Origin: Zygnema circumcarinatum SAG 698-1b
Lineage: Eukaryota; Plantae; Zygnematophyceae
Assembly (NCBI GenBank): GCA_037447605.1
Contig: CM074804.1
Coordinates: 310,001-374,000 of the forward strand
DNA: 64,000 nucleotides
Direction of reading: 5' to 3'
A program made the translations under genes and the position numbers. The notes beneath the pieces are model-generated. The model saw only the letters and a program-made list of their open reading frames with translations. It was not told where the DNA came from and made no database searches. Positions 47,503-64,000 of the stretch are shown piece by piece (position 1 is the stretch's first letter; every line of letters starts with the position of its first letter).

Positions 47503-48883
47503 CGAGGCTCTGATTGGTAGAGATGCCGAATACGGACAAGGATCGGATCTTTTCTGAATGTTCCCTCTTAAACGGTTATGTTGGGAAAAGGACAAGCGGC
47601 TCGTGCGGCGTAAATCCGGCAAGTGCGGACACGCCTAGGGAACCAGAAACACGACACCGTAGCCTGCCGCGGCAGCATAGGCTGTACGAATTTTGTCGCA
47701 CACGATACAGTAGGGGGTCCTCATATTTTCCACCCTGGTTCCGGCCAAAATGAGGCGAAAATATTAATTTTGCATATATAAGGTTCGTGTTACGAATAGA
47801 CGGGCGGTATTATGTTAGAGTTCATGTTGGACCGTACGTATCGTACCGTAACATATCGTACCGTATCGTACTGTATCATTTAGCATTGTATCGTATCGTG
47901 ACATATCGTGTCGCATAAGCGTAGTTTTTAGGACTGTTGTTCGTCTCATTGATGTTGCCGTACTACGGATAGTACCGTATCGGGGAGTTTCTTATCGTAT
48001 CGACCATATCGTATCGTAGTGTATCGTGTCGTATCGAAATCAAGAAGACGGGGAGAAGAGCGAGCGCCTCTTACGGCGGCACGAGCGGGGAGATTAGGTG
48101 AGTTTTGCGTAAGCCCGTAACGGCTAGTACGAACAGTACGGACAGTACGGCTAACACAAGTTCCCGTACAAAAAGGTGGTTTCGGCAAAATCGGGGCGAA
48201 AATATTGAGGACGCACTCCTTAGGGTGGTAAATACGAGGACCCCCCACTGTAGGTGCAGTGGTTGCGTTCGTACCGTACGGTATCCTTCGTTACAGTACA
48301 GTGGGGGGTCCTCGTATTTACCACCCCAAGGAGTGCGTTGTAGCGTAACGGAGCTGCGTTCGACGGATTTGCGTCTGTTCGATTGTACTTGTCGTATGCA
48401 TCTTCCGTGTCACGGATCAACGGAATTCAGGAGCTGCCAACGGAGACTGAGAGAAGGCGGCGCCATGCGTTGGCGGCCCACGGAACAGCACACCATCCAG
48501 CAAGGCGCACCCGGGAACACCGCCAGAGGCCGCCGATTATCATTCGTTGACCTATCCGAAGGCTCCACGTAGTCAGTCAGGCCTCTCAGTGGGCAGTTGG
48601 CCAATCAGAGGCTGTCACTGCTAGGACTCAAGATCTATTGTCAGTGTTAAGTAGATGGGATGTCAGTGATGCTGTTTTGTCTTTTAGTGCTGGGCTTAGT
48701 ATTTGTATTTGCTGTGTGGTTTGTCTTCTTGTTCTTCTTTCTTCTTTTCCTTCCTCTTCAGTTACAGCAACAGATGCTAAGTAAGAGATAGAGAGAGAGA
48801 GAGTTCCATGCCATAGATAGAGAGAGAGAGAGAGAAAGACTCTTCTTGCTGATAGCATTTAGACGTCCCATTCAGCCCAGCTA
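47503..48883. repeat. Exact tandem copy of 46112-47492 (includes MITE B at 47708-48250); probably an assembly artefact
   Basis: Offset 1391. Identical ORF translations. The copies are joined by a 10-N gap at 47493-47502. Confidence 0.85.
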
Positions 48884-48923
48884 GACAAAGATTTCAGTGA
48901 GAAGACGATTTCANNNNNNNNNN

Positions 48924-49367
48924 GACGCCGACTGGAGTCAGACAGGCTTTGGGGCAGTGGCCAGCCAAGCATTCTCAGATGGGGAACACCCGGTCAGTTT
49001 TGCAAGCAGGGTCTGTTCAGAAACCGAGACCAAGTATAGCCCTACTAAGGGAGAGGCCGCGGCTATCCTCTGGGCACTCGAGAAGTTCAAGCTCTTCACG
49101 GCCTACCAGCCCGTTATCATCCGGACTGACCACATGCCCCTCACTTGGCTGCACATCATGGCTACCCTACAACCTAAGTTTGCACGATGGGTGATGAAGT
49201 TGGAGGAGTACAATGTACTCAAAGTCACTCACCGTCCCGGCCGTAGTCACGGAAATGCTGATGGCCTCAGTCGCAATCCCTCGGCTCCCCTCCTCTGCCA
49301 CGATCCGGCCGTCCCTGAGCCCATCCCTCCACCCACCCTCTTGAACCCTGAGCATCTTCCCATTGAG
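48924..49367 (+). mobile_element. Ty3/gypsy LTR-retrotransposon pol fragment (RT connection/RNase H)
   Basis: DADWSQTGFGAV...HPVSFASR...ETKYSPTKGEAAAILWALEKFKLF...IIRTDHMPL.WL...KFARWVMKLEEY...VTHRPGRSHGNADGLSR is the canonical gypsy RNase H pattern. Bounded by N gaps on both sides. Confidence 0.88.
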
Positions 49368-49377
49368 NNNNNNNNNN

Positions 49378-49801
49378 GCCGTACTGTTCGTACTACCCGT
49401 ACTATCTGTACTAGCCGTTACGGGCTTACGCAAAACGCACCTAATCTCCCCGCTCGTGCCGCCGTAAGAGGCGCTCGCTCTTCTCCCCGTCTTGTGTTGA
49501 CTTCGATACGATATGATACGATACGATGCGATATGGTCAATACGATACGAAACTCCCCGATGGTTGGATGACGACAGTATGTACGACAGTATATGCGTCA
49601 CGATATGTCACGATACGATACGATGCTAAATGATACAGTACGATACGGTACGATATGGTACGGTACAATACGTACGGTTTAACATGAACTCTAACATAAT
49701 ACCGCCCGTCTATTCGTAACACGAACCTTATATATGCAAATTTAATATTTTCGCCTCATTTTGCCCCGAACCAGGGTGGAAAATATGAGGACCCCCTACT
49801 G
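49378..49801 (-). mobile_element. Diverged, inverted partial copy of MITE family B; the other end is lost in the N gap
   Basis: Reverse complement of ~46317-46765 with substitutions. Ends ...aatatgaggaccccctactg|ta. Confidence 0.8.
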
Positions 49802-49923
49802 TACAGTACAGTATGCGGATCCGGCGGCATCTATGCCGTACGGCACCTTGTTGTTGTTCCGGCCGTGAAAATACGGAAAACTGGTTTCCAGGTTTTTTCA
49901 GCTTCTTGACAAACTTGCGTTTT

Positions 49924-50075
49924 CAGACTTAAAAAATCGTCAGTATGTCCACTCGTATGTTTTACACCAAAATAAGTACCCCGATGAAATAACGATCTGG
50001 CAGCAGCGGAATACGTTTGTACCTTTTCTTTTTCAAAATGCTTTGCGTAACTTTTTGCTTAGTCTGACAACCCCT
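49924..50075. mobile_element. Degenerate second copy of MITE family A
   Basis: Contains cagacttaaaaaat..cagta at the left and tagtctgacaacccct|att at the right, matching the ends of 45718-45874. Confidence 0.55.
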
Positions 50076-50164
50076 ATTACGGTATGGATACACTGCGAGG
50101 TGTCGAAACATCAACACAAACATAAGCGCGCCGGATAACAGGTCAGGTCGAAACCATTTTTAGC

Positions 50165-50805
50165 AAAACGCCAACCATTGCTTACTGTCTGGCCAATGGT
50201 TGCAACCACTGGCAAGGATTGTCAGCCATTAAATCGACATTGAATCCAACGGTTGACTGGGATACATCATTTACTGGCCATTGGTTATGGTTTTCAATTT
50301 ATTGGATCCAATAGTTGTCAACCAAAGTGATCAATCAATGCCTCCCAAATATTGCCAATGGTTGGATTGGATTTGGGGTCGGGAGTTGTCAAGCGTCCGT
50401 CGAAAGGCGTAGCCTGCTGGATGAAGGCATGCGGTACGGCATTCTTTGTGTCTGGCCAAAGCAACGGTTTACCTATAGCTTCCTCTGCACAAACATCCCG
50501 CCAACCAATGGTTCCAGCGATTGCCAAGGCTGGAATCACCCAGCCTTGTTCTTTTTGGGCACTGTTATGTAAAATTAGTTTGAGGCTTCAGGAGGGTTTG
50601 CAACTACTCGCAATGGTTGGCGGGTCCACCATTCGATGGCTACATCTATTGCCAGCACTGCCAACCATTGCCAATGTTTGGCTAGGTCCGCCAACCAATG
50701 TTTCACAACCATCAACCATTCGCAATGGTTGACTGGGTCCGCTAGCCAACAGCTGTAACCAGTCGCCGTCAACCATTGGCAATGTTTGTCAACCGTTGAA
50801 TCCAA
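50165..50805. repeat. Array of short near-palindromic CAACCATTG/CAATGGTTG motifs; related array at ~60590-60775
   Basis: Roughly 15-20 variants in both orientations, counted by eye, e.g. caaccattcgcaatggttg at ~50714. Confidence 0.65.
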
Positions 50806-51091
50806 TACTTGGCCCGCCCTTTCTCCTTTTGCCAACTTTTGTCGAGCACCTTCCAATGACGTTTTGCCACGTATGCACTAATTGCTAGCGTGGCGGGTTC
50901 CTATTGGCTGATGCTCCAACATGGCTCGCAATGGTGGGCCCTTCTGCAAGGGTTGGCAGCAGCGTAGGAAGGAGCCGCTACTGACTACCACGAGCACTAT
51001 TCTGCGCCATTTTCCCCTCTATTTTCACTGAAACTATCGCTTTCTTGGCCTTATTTCGTTCCGAATATCTTCTTTTCGGCTATCCTGAGCA

Positions 51092-55226
<4,135 letters not shown>

Positions 55227-55994
55227 AGGGGTGGGGGGCTCTGTTTCTATGTGTGGAACGGAGCTCTAACTGAGCGGCTGCAGCTTCACAGTTTCCATGT
55301 TTTCATATTCAGAGATGTATATTTCCCTTTTTTTCCCTTCACAATGCTTGTATGTTGATGTATAGCGGATTTCAGCATGGCATGGCATGGTGTGGGATGT
55401 GTATGGCGTGGTCATTTGGCCACCATAAGGCTGGTCTAGGTTTAGGTTTTGGTCTATCTCTCTCTCCTCTCAACCTCTTTGTATTCTCCCTTGTCCCTTT
55501 CGTTCACCTTTCATTACCCCCTCTCTTCCCTCCCCTTCTTCTATTGATACTAGTAACTTGACACGTGCGAAGGAGCGGGAGAGGGACGAGGAAAGGGGGA
55601 GGGGTAAGGGAGAGGGAGAGGGAGAAGGAGGAGATGGAGAGAGAGAGGGAGAGGGAGTGGCGGCGGGTTTGAAGAAGAAACGACGAAGAATCTCCGATGG
55701 CAAAAGCCGGTTACCATTAGCCTGCAGGTTTACAAACAAGTACTAGCAAAATTATAATCCTTGAAAGATAAACATCCTCGAATGTAAAACCTGAGTCGCC
55801 TCACCGCCTCTGCGCCAACAGCTCCCTCAACCCCTCCCTCAACTCCTCTACCCCCTCTCCCAACACCGCGCAGACTGGAAAGACCCGAAACCTCGCTCCC
55901 ACCTCTCTCTCCAGCTCCCTCAGGTTCCCCTCGGCTTCTTTCTCGTCCATCTTGTTAGCGACCACTACTGCAGGCCTCCCTGCCNNNNNNNNNN

Positions 55995-57265
55995 CCCCCC
56001 CCCCCCCCCCATAGTGCTCGCGTTCCACAACCAGCTGATCCTTTGTCCCAAAACGCGTCCAGATTCATTCAAGAAAGATGAATGTGAACCCCGATGTTAA
56101 CTTTGAGGAGCTGGCGCGTTCTACGGATGACTTTAACGGAGCTCAGTTGAAGGCGGTCTGTGTAGAGGCAGGCATGCTGGCTCTCCGCAGAGACGCCACG
56201 GAGGTACATCTCTCTCTCCCTCTCTCTGTTCCCCCCCCCTCAACATATCTCTCTCTCTCTCCCCCCCCACTCTCTAAAATCCACAAGGAATATGGCCAGT
56301 TTCAGGCCCTGTAAAGCTTGTGTTCTTTGGCTGTTAGGATTTACAGTTTTTCTGTGTGTACTGGCAGTCTTTCTCTGCGGGAAGTTTCTGTTTTTGTCAC
56401 TCACTGTTTTACGGATTTTGGTGTAACAGGTGACACATGAAGACTTCAATGAGGGCATAGTGCAGGTGCAGGCCAAGAAGAAGGCGAGCCTCAATTACTA
56501 CGCTTAGAGGGGTGGGGGGCTCTGTTTCTATGTGTGGAACGGAGCTCTAACTGAGCGGCTGCAGCTTCACAGTTTCCATGTTTTCATATTCAGAGATGTA
56601 TATTTCCCTTTTTTTCCCTTCACAATGCTTGTATGTTGATGTATAGCGGATTTCAGCATGGCATGGCATGGTGTGGGATGTGTATGGCGTGGTCATTTGG
56701 CCACCATAAGGCTGGTCTAGGTTTAGGTTTTGGTCTATCTCTCTCTCCTCTCAACCTCTTTGTATTCTCCCTTGTCCCTTTCGTTCACCTTTCATTACCC
56801 CCTCTCTTCCCTCCCCTTCTTCTATTGATACTAGTAACTTGACACGTGCGAAGGAGCGGGAGAGGGACGAGGAAAGGGGGAGGGGTAAGGGAGAGGGAGA
56901 GGGAGAAGGAGGAGATGGAGAGAGAGAGGGAGAGGGAGTGGCGGCGGGTTTGAAGAAGAAACGACGAAGAATCTCCGATGGCAAAAGCCGGTTACCATTA
57001 GCCTGCAGGTTTACAAACAAGTACTAGCAAAATTATAATCCTTGAAAGATAAACATCCTCGAATGTAAAACCTGAGTCGCCTCACCGCCTCTGCGCCAAC
57101 AGCTCCCTCAACCCCTCCCTCAACTCCTCTACCCCCTCTCCCAACACCGCGCAGACTGGAAAGACCCGAAACCTCGCTCCCACCTCTCTCTCCAGCTCCC
57201 TCAGGTTCCCCTCGGCTTCTTTCTCGTCCATCTTGTTAGCGACCACTACTGCAGGCCTCCCTGCC
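55995..57265. repeat. Exact tandem copy of ~54714-55984 (RPT5 last two exons plus the Obg 3' end); probably an assembly artefact
   Basis: Offset 1281. Identical ORFs. Each copy starts at a 10-N gap inside a poly-C run (54695-54704, 55985-55994). Confidence 0.85.
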
Positions 57266-58487
57266 ATTCCCTTTTGGTACATTTCCAGTTCAAATTCCAA
57301 CCCCTTTAGGCGTTCACACGGGCCCATTTCCCCCACCGGAGGCGCCATATCCAGTACATATGCGAACGCCCTCGTTCTCTCGATATGCCTCAAAAAGTCA
57401 AATCCTAATCCCCTATTCACATGTGCGCCCTCAATAAGGCCTGGAATATCCGCAACAGACAGCGCATAGAAATCGGGATAGGTCACTGTTCCGAGCTGGG
57501 GTGTTAGGGTAGTGAAGGCGTAGCTCCCGACTCGGGGTTCAGCATTTGAAAGGGCAGACAAGAGAGTGGATTTTCCGGCATTTGGGGCTCCAACGAGGCC
57601 TATGTCTGCAATTACTTTGAGCTCTAATTGGAGGACGGCGCTTGTTCCGGAATTCCCTGGTTCGTGGTCTCTGCTTGGGAGGAGCTTTCCTTTTGAGAGC
57701 TTCTTTCGATTGAAAGAGACGTTCCCTCTCCCTCCCTCTCCTCCCACAGCCACAGTGAGGGTCTGGCCTTCCTCCGCCAGGTCTGCAATTACTATATCAT
57801 TTTGGAGGCGCTTGGATCCGTTCCTTTCATCGCTCTCACTCGCAATGAACCTATTGTGATTGTTCTCCTCCTCTCCCTCTCCCTCTCCCTCTTCCTCTCC
57901 CTCTCTCTCCTTCTCCTTCCACTCCTTGTCCTCGTCCTCCTCCCTCTTCTCCTCTCTCTCATCTTCATCCCCCTCCTCCCTCTCCCCCTCATCTCCTTCA
58001 GTCTTCCCATCACCAAATCGCGCCTCCTTAAGATTCCAAGAGCCTTTGGAGCTTTCTTCCTTTTCAGGGTCTTCGAAAATAGAACTTTCAAACTTGTCGG
58101 AATATTGGGAGCTGTTAACAACTTTAGGGTTTTGAGATACCCCTCCTACCTCTTCCTCTCCTTCACTCTCCCACCTCCCTCCCTCTATTCCCTCCGTCAA
58201 TACCACCACCTCCTCTCCCTCCGCCTCTCTCACACAGCCCTCCCTCAGCTCTCCATTTCCTTGAAGATGAAACTTTCCCGTCAACCCCAAAACTTCATCA
58301 GAAGCTCCTCCCAGCGACGCTCCTTGCGAGACATTTCCTTTCCGTTCAGCTTGCTGGAAATCCACTGTTTGCGAAATTTGGGAAACGCTTGGAATTTCCC
58401 CACCAAGAAGCCGAACCACAGTTCCAATAGGTACCGCCACAATCTGAAGTACAAAAACACATGTAAATATGCTTACATATGTTTTGC

Positions 58488-58518
<31 letters not shown>

Positions 58519-59632
58519 GGCATGTTTTTAAAAAGAATATATACTATATAACTAAAATAAGTGAAGCAAAGTGTTCTTTCTTAACACTAAAGTAGTGAAT
58601 AGTAAAGCATTGACTTTGGACACCTTAAAAAAACATAAGATGAAACCTAGCTGAGAAAAAGCTACTTGAAAAGGGCCGAGAAATGAAGAAATTCCTTCAG
58701 ACCCTTTCTGAATTTCTCTTACAGAACTTAATAGAAGTTGAGAATCTCACCTTATCAGCCCCTCTTGACCCGAGTTTCCACTTTGAGCTGCCATTCCCTC
58801 CACGCTCTCCCCTCTGCTCCCAAAACACCTTTTGGAAATTTCAGTACCACATCACATTTTTATTTTAGAACTTCAAATAAATTCTAGCATCCTTCTGTAT
58901 TTTATTCATTATTAGTAGTATTCTTCAATCTTTTCCCATCGGGAGCCCAATGTTGCTGTCTTGATGTTTCTGCTCCTTTCTTTTTATTCCATGATAGAGT
59001 TCCATTACTTTACAGGGTGGTGGGTATAAGGCAGCCTGCCTGGTGTTGAGTCACACCTGCCAGGTGGCGCATTGAGGCGGTCGCTTTTAAAATTACATCC
59101 CCGCCCCGACCCCCATTTCCTCCTGGACCATAAAAAATAAAAGAATGAGGGAAAGACAAGTAAGTTGTTGCAACTTTTCCGCCCACTTTCGTTGATCGCA
59201 AGGAAGAATTTAGAAATATAGCGTTTACCGTCTGCATGCCTCTGTGACGAATGCCGGCTTTTACGGAAACTGGAACAGCCGGAGCCGCCATCTCCTCCGC
59301 TCACAAAGAGACGCAAACGGTCAATGAACGGCCGGTCCTGCATTCATCCCCAGTTCATGCACCCATTTTCTTTCATGCCCGCATCATGCACATGCACATG
59401 TTCCCGACATGCACATCCGCATGCATGCACATACATGCATGCATACATGCATGGATGGATGCATGCATGCATGCATGCGCATACATACATGCGATGGAGG
59501 AGTTTTTTTTCGTCTTCTCTGCGGCTGCGCTGCCTCCCCATCTACGCCCATCGCTCGCCCGCACGTGTGAAGACCGCTCCGCCCCCATGCGCCTCTTTGA
59601 AGCTGCAGCAGTCGGCAGAGGCCGCCCTGCAC
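57082..59632 (-). CDS. Obg-family GTPase, mitochondrial OBGM/GTPBP5-like; true start not resolved
   Basis: Exons ~59629-59489, 59337-59229 (FIDRLRLFVSGGDGGSGCSSFR), 59122-59040 (GGNGGRGGDVIL; GC donor), 58813-58751 (RGERGGNGSSKWKLGSRGADK), 58443-57082 (VPIGTVV; acidic insert; GGEGGRGN; ELKVIADIGLVGAPNAGKSTLL; YAFTTLTP; DIPGLIEGAH; ANKMD). No ATG was found in the most 5' exon identified. Confidence 0.9.
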
Positions 59633-60839
59633 ACCCCAAAGAAAAAAAAAAAAAAAAAGACAAAAGGAAATGGATAAATAGTAAAAAAAATAAAAACTGT
59701 AATTCCTGCTGGTTTATGCATTGGATTAGATTTTTTAGACTACTGAAATTAGGGTTAGAATTAAGTGTAGAAAAAAGTGGAATTCAACTTCAAGTTTTTT
59801 GCAGCAAACACGGCAAGGTGATCCGGTAGAAAAAGTGGGTCTTTTCGGGGTCAATCAATCAAGGTGGATGGAATTGCGCTGACCTTTGTTGAACCAAAAG
59901 TAGAACCGAACATGATGAACCGATTGTCCAAGTTTAACCCACAAAAAACGCAGACTTTAACGGCTAATCAGGGCAATTTCAGGACCAGGACTAACAATTT
60001 AGGGTTCAGGGCACCCTTAAAATGTCCATGGGTTCCGGGAACAGGTTTCCATGCCTTCCTGTGTTGTGAAATTTTTAGGGTTTAAAATTTTTATTGAAGA
60101 AAGTCAGCAGCCTCGAAGGTCCCTCCCGAAATACAATACGAGTTTTAGAAGGCTGCGTTTTTATTTTATTTTAAAGAAATTAGTTTCAGAATTTCAAGAG
60201 AAATGCAGCAGGGGAAACGGGGGGGACTAGGGCTTCTATGTGACAGCTGCTCCGTGCGCGTTGTTTCACGGGCTGTGCAGTTGACCGTGCAACTGGAAGC
60301 AGTTGGCTCAAGCCCAACTGTTCCAGCTGCATGTACCCTCAAACGCCAATCAGAGCTTCGCACGTAACTCTGATTGACTTTGACACGTTGCAATGTCTGA
60401 TTGGCTCCATGTAACGCGGAACCTACGGCCACGGAGTCACCTCTCATCTATGCCACCCAAAATTATGGACAGTTGTAGTTATTGTTCAGTAAATATATCT
60501 GAACGGAAATATCCACATGTGCTACATGTGCATGTGAGCGCTGTGCAGTTTAGAGCCAAACTGACATGTAGCCAACAGTAGCTGGTTACTGTTTGACTGG
60601 TTGAAAACCAGTGCCAATCATTGGTCATTCGCTCCAACCATTGCATTTTGTGACCGGAAACCACTTCGAATGGCTATTACCGTAGCTCTTCCAATTCCAA
60701 TGGTTGTTGCTAACCATTGGCTGGCCAACGAGTGGCAAAACAACCAATCTGCCAATGGTTGCCGACTGGTCAGACCTATGTTGTTGTTCCTTGTTCAGTT
60801 CGCACGGACTACGGGTGCGATACATGGAGCCGTACGGCA

Positions 60840-61530
60840 TGCGGCATGCAAGCTCACCCATTGGTTCACGTGTTGCCCTTCCCTGCGTCTGCCACGTGGG
60901 GCGCATGTGACCTCTGGCCCACTGCGTTCGTTTGTTTCACCGAGCGCGCGATCGGCAGCCACAAAATATTTTGGTCGTCCGGATTCGCGCTGCTCCTCTG
61001 CCCTGGCGCCGCCACGTGACAGCACGTACGCAAGTCCAAGGGAAGCCCAATCAGAAGACGAAACGTGGGCTGACCACGTCGGATGACACGTGCGTGATTC
61101 TGGCCACAAGCATTAAGCGAGACCTCATCCACCTCAAAAATTGTGGGCCCCACCAAGGAGGATTTTTGTCCTGCCACGTAGGATGGCGCTGGCCAATCAG
61201 ATCAACCGAAACCGAACAAATTTTTAGCAAATAATAATTGTGGCATGTGCCTCTATCTTTTGTCGCCTGATGGAAACTTTTTGTGCCACGTGGATGTTTG
61301 AGCCAATCAGATGCACGAGAAAATTTCAAACATTAGAGTACGGCCTAGGCGTACGGTACTAATATGTACGGTAATGTACGGAAAGACTTGAAATTTGATA
61401 TTTGGATATGGAATTTGGAAAATTGAATGATGCATAATTCAGGAATCGCTGGTCCGGTTCAGAAAAGTGGCTGACTAATCACGATTTGCCACGTGGAAAG
61501 GGTTCATACGTGGTATACTCTGATTGGATG
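60840..61530. promoter_or_regulatory. Cluster of G-box (CCACGTG) and CCAATCA motifs in a probable divergent promoter
   Basis: gccacgtg at ~60893, 61013, 61286, 61489, plus ccacgt variants. ccaatca/tgattgg at ~61048, 61192, 61303, 61521. Lies between the Obg 5' end (-) and the next + strand gene. Confidence 0.35.
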
Positions 61531-63297
61531 TGCGTGGCAGGGTACCTTCAAGGAGGAGAGCCCTCTTGAAGCTTGTAAGGTGTTTCATCCTTTTAGGGTT
61601 ACAGAATATACTGGACAGCAGGTGCTCCCTGCAAGGTAAGATCAAGATCACCTGATGAAATGTTTAATGTTATGCAGGCTGGCGTGAGTGAATTCTTCAT
61701 GCTTAAGGTGGTGTAAGGAAGGAAGAAAGTTTAGCTGTCACTCGTCGATTAGTTTCCTCGATCTTGGATGACAGCTTGCAGGAAGTTTAAACAAAGGTTA
61801 CTTCTTTGATTGTTATAACTCACAACCTCGGTGAGTTGCATTGCAAAAGATAGCGTTTTTGCTTTGTTGTGCCCGTTGTTTGAATCGTTGCGACGCGCTT
61901 GATCCATCTTTTGGACGCACGTTTCGATGTTTGCGATGAACCCAGCAGTGATCTTGTCACGAATTCTACAGTGTTCACTTGCATGGCTTCCTCCATGTCA
62001 TTGTTCTCTTCAGCGTTGGCAGCAGAAGTGGTACCAGCAGTACAGCAGTATTAGCAATTCATGTACTTAGCAACAATGCAAACAGAATCACTAGTGTCAA
62101 GAATGTACTATTGCTAAAACTAGCAGCAAGCTTTGCAGAAGAATTCAAGCAGCAATAATTCAAGTAGTAAGTTTCTTACTGCACTTTTCAGGCAGTAATA
62201 ATGTAGAAGCAGCAAGTGCCAAGGAGTGCTGGCAGTATTACTGATTGCAATATCGGCGACTGAACAGTCAGCGGCAATGTTAGCATCGGCATTCGCAGCA
62301 GCGTTGGTCTTCCTTCCTGCGAGAGAAAAGAGGGAGAGGGTAGGAGGGAGAGCCGTGCTTCTTTATGCAGCTTGTCCTTTGCAGGAGCTTTTTTTACGAA
62401 ATCTCTAAAGACATTAAGAAAAATGAGCACTCCTAGGAGAAATTAACATGGTTATTAGTTCCTTCGTACAAATCTCCCCCTAATGAGTGCAAAGTTGGTC
62501 TCAGTGTTGAAGCTTTTTTTACAAAATGTTTCCAATTTGACGTCTTCTACCGTCTACTCTACCGTCTACTCTACCGTCTTCGTCCTGTTTGCAAAAGTCT
62601 TGCCTGACGTTTTTATTGCCTTGCGCCTGTATCAAGTGTCTCCAGCCTCTCTGTCCCCCCCTCTGCCTCCCTCCTAGACGGCGTCGTATTTGAATTGCAG
62701 ATGGATTAAATTGAATTGCTCAAAATGCGTTATGGCAGTATGATAAATTTGAGCCAGTTGGCATGCATACTGAATGCCCGTAAATTTAAGCGAAAAGTTC
62801 TCTCAAGTTGACTACGTTGAAGTCTGAATTGAAATAGGATGCAGGCGTTGTTGTTTGATGTCAGACCTCTATGTAGGCATGCTCAATGCTGCCCCTGAAA
62901 GCTGAGCATATATGTCAGAACTATTCATGATCTCACTTCAGAAATACTCAATAACCAATTCCATCAACGGGTTTCAGACTTTTTAGAAAGAAAATGATAT
63001 GGCATTTGTTTTTGGAGGAAGTACTTCGTTTGCTGTTACAATCTACTTCGGGGAGAAGCGTGTGCTGATTTTGAATTCTGGAATTGTGACCTTTTCTAAG
63101 TCTGAACCCCCATAATCGTGGCTTTGTACTTCCTAAATGCCCTAAAGAACTCTGAAAGGCCTTCATGTGGGGCAACTTTTCAATACATATCTACGATCCT
63201 GAATATCAGCTACTCTATACCTTGACCAGCGTTTCTTTAACTTGATCTCCTTGTTTTTATTCATGCAGATTCTACGTGAGATTTTCACCTTATCACC

Positions 63298-63966
63298 ATG
63301 TCAGCAGCCATGGCAACACAAGCCCTCTCCCTGAATGCGCCGGTTTTGGCTCTTGACTCCAATGGCTCCTTGTACTCTGCGGGATCCGTCGGGGCTCTTG
63401 GTGCCCTACCTCCTAGGGTCGGTCTGGGATCAAGTTTTACCTCCTCTTTTAAAGGTTAGGATTTCAACAAAATCGTTTGAAATCCCTTTCTCCATGATGT
63501 TTATGAAGCTGCATATTTGTCCTGTCTGCCAGGCTTCGTATAGTAAGAGGAGTGGAGAAGACAGAGGGGTTCGGGGTTTAAGTGTCGCTGGGAGTGTTGA
63601 AGCTTACTCAAATTTTGCTTCTTTTCTGTCAATTTATTGATTGAGATAGCGTGTGAAATGAGAGCAGGGAATCCTTTGCTGAGTGAAGTCAGATGTAACA
63701 TTGCGAGAGACAAACAGGAGTCAGTTGCAGATATGTACCGTTTTCGCAGATAAGGAGCTGGTAGAGGCAATGAGTTTTCTGCAGAGCAATATGCTGAAGT
63801 GAACGAGCATTTCTATCTCAGGAGCCGTCGATCATTTGAAGTTCCTCATGGGGTTAAGTCTTCTCTTCGTTGCAGACCTTTCTGCTGATACATCTGGAGA
63901 TACACAGCAGATTAAGGATGGGCGATTTGTTCTTGTCATTAAGGCCACAGCTGCAAACCATGGAAG
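63298..63966 (+). CDS. Probable 5' start of a plastid-targeted protein gene continuing beyond the window
   Basis: Exon 63298-63454 (MSAAMATQALSLNAPVLALDSNGSLYSAGSVGALGALPPRVGLGSSFTSSFK, rich in S/A/G and low in acidic residues, ending aaag|gttagg) joins in phase to 63876-63966 (DLSADTSGDTQQIKDGRFVLVIKATAANHG, ending ag|gtcagt). No mature domain is visible. Confidence 0.4.
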
Positions 63967-64000
63967 GTCAGTTCAAATAATCGTATTGCTGATTTATTTA

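Noticed and set aside
46112-48883. 1.38-kb exact tandem duplication including MITE B
   Set aside because: The copies look identical and are joined by a 10-N gap, the usual sign of unmerged overlapping contig ends. Read depth would decide.
50165-50805. CRISPR-like array
   Set aside because: Units are short, degenerate, in both orientations and irregularly spaced; the host is eukaryotic and there are no cas genes.
61900-62700. Possible minus-strand exons with Ala-rich translation
   Set aside because: No consistent frame or recognisable motif. More likely upstream or intronic sequence of the gene starting near 63298.

Overview
This is a eukaryotic, intron-rich scaffold window from a green plant. 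The protein families suggest a streptophyte, most likely a charophyte alga (inference). Introns are packed with GA/CT tracts and there are several 10-N gaps. Hand-spliced genes in order: a 5'-partial LRR receptor kinase (LRR-VIII-1/HPCA1-like, +); sterol 4-alpha-methyl oxidase SMO1 (-); a trihelix Myb/SANT factor and an unknown ubiquitin-like-fold/TM protein (both -); plastid-type cysteine synthase (+); a 3x CCCH zinc-finger protein (-); second copies of the Ubl/TM and trihelix genes (+); ATG11 (-); an ACT-domain STY kinase (-); a TE-rich intergenic block (TA-flanked MITEs, Ty3/gypsy RNase H fragment); RPT5 (+); an Obg-family GTPase (-); and the probable start of a plastid-targeted gene at the right edge (+). 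The outstanding structure is a diverged inverted duplication of about 5 kb (12930-17797 vs 25446-30489) around a 7.6-kb two-gene spacer, with a decayed SMO1 exon-1 scar just outside the right arm. This fits an inversion made by staggered breaks and could let the spacer flip. The duplicated cassette is an uncharacterised Ubl-TM gene tightly linked, possibly co-transcribed, with a W-box-preceded trihelix gene. Two exact tandem duplications next to N gaps are treated as assembly artefacts.
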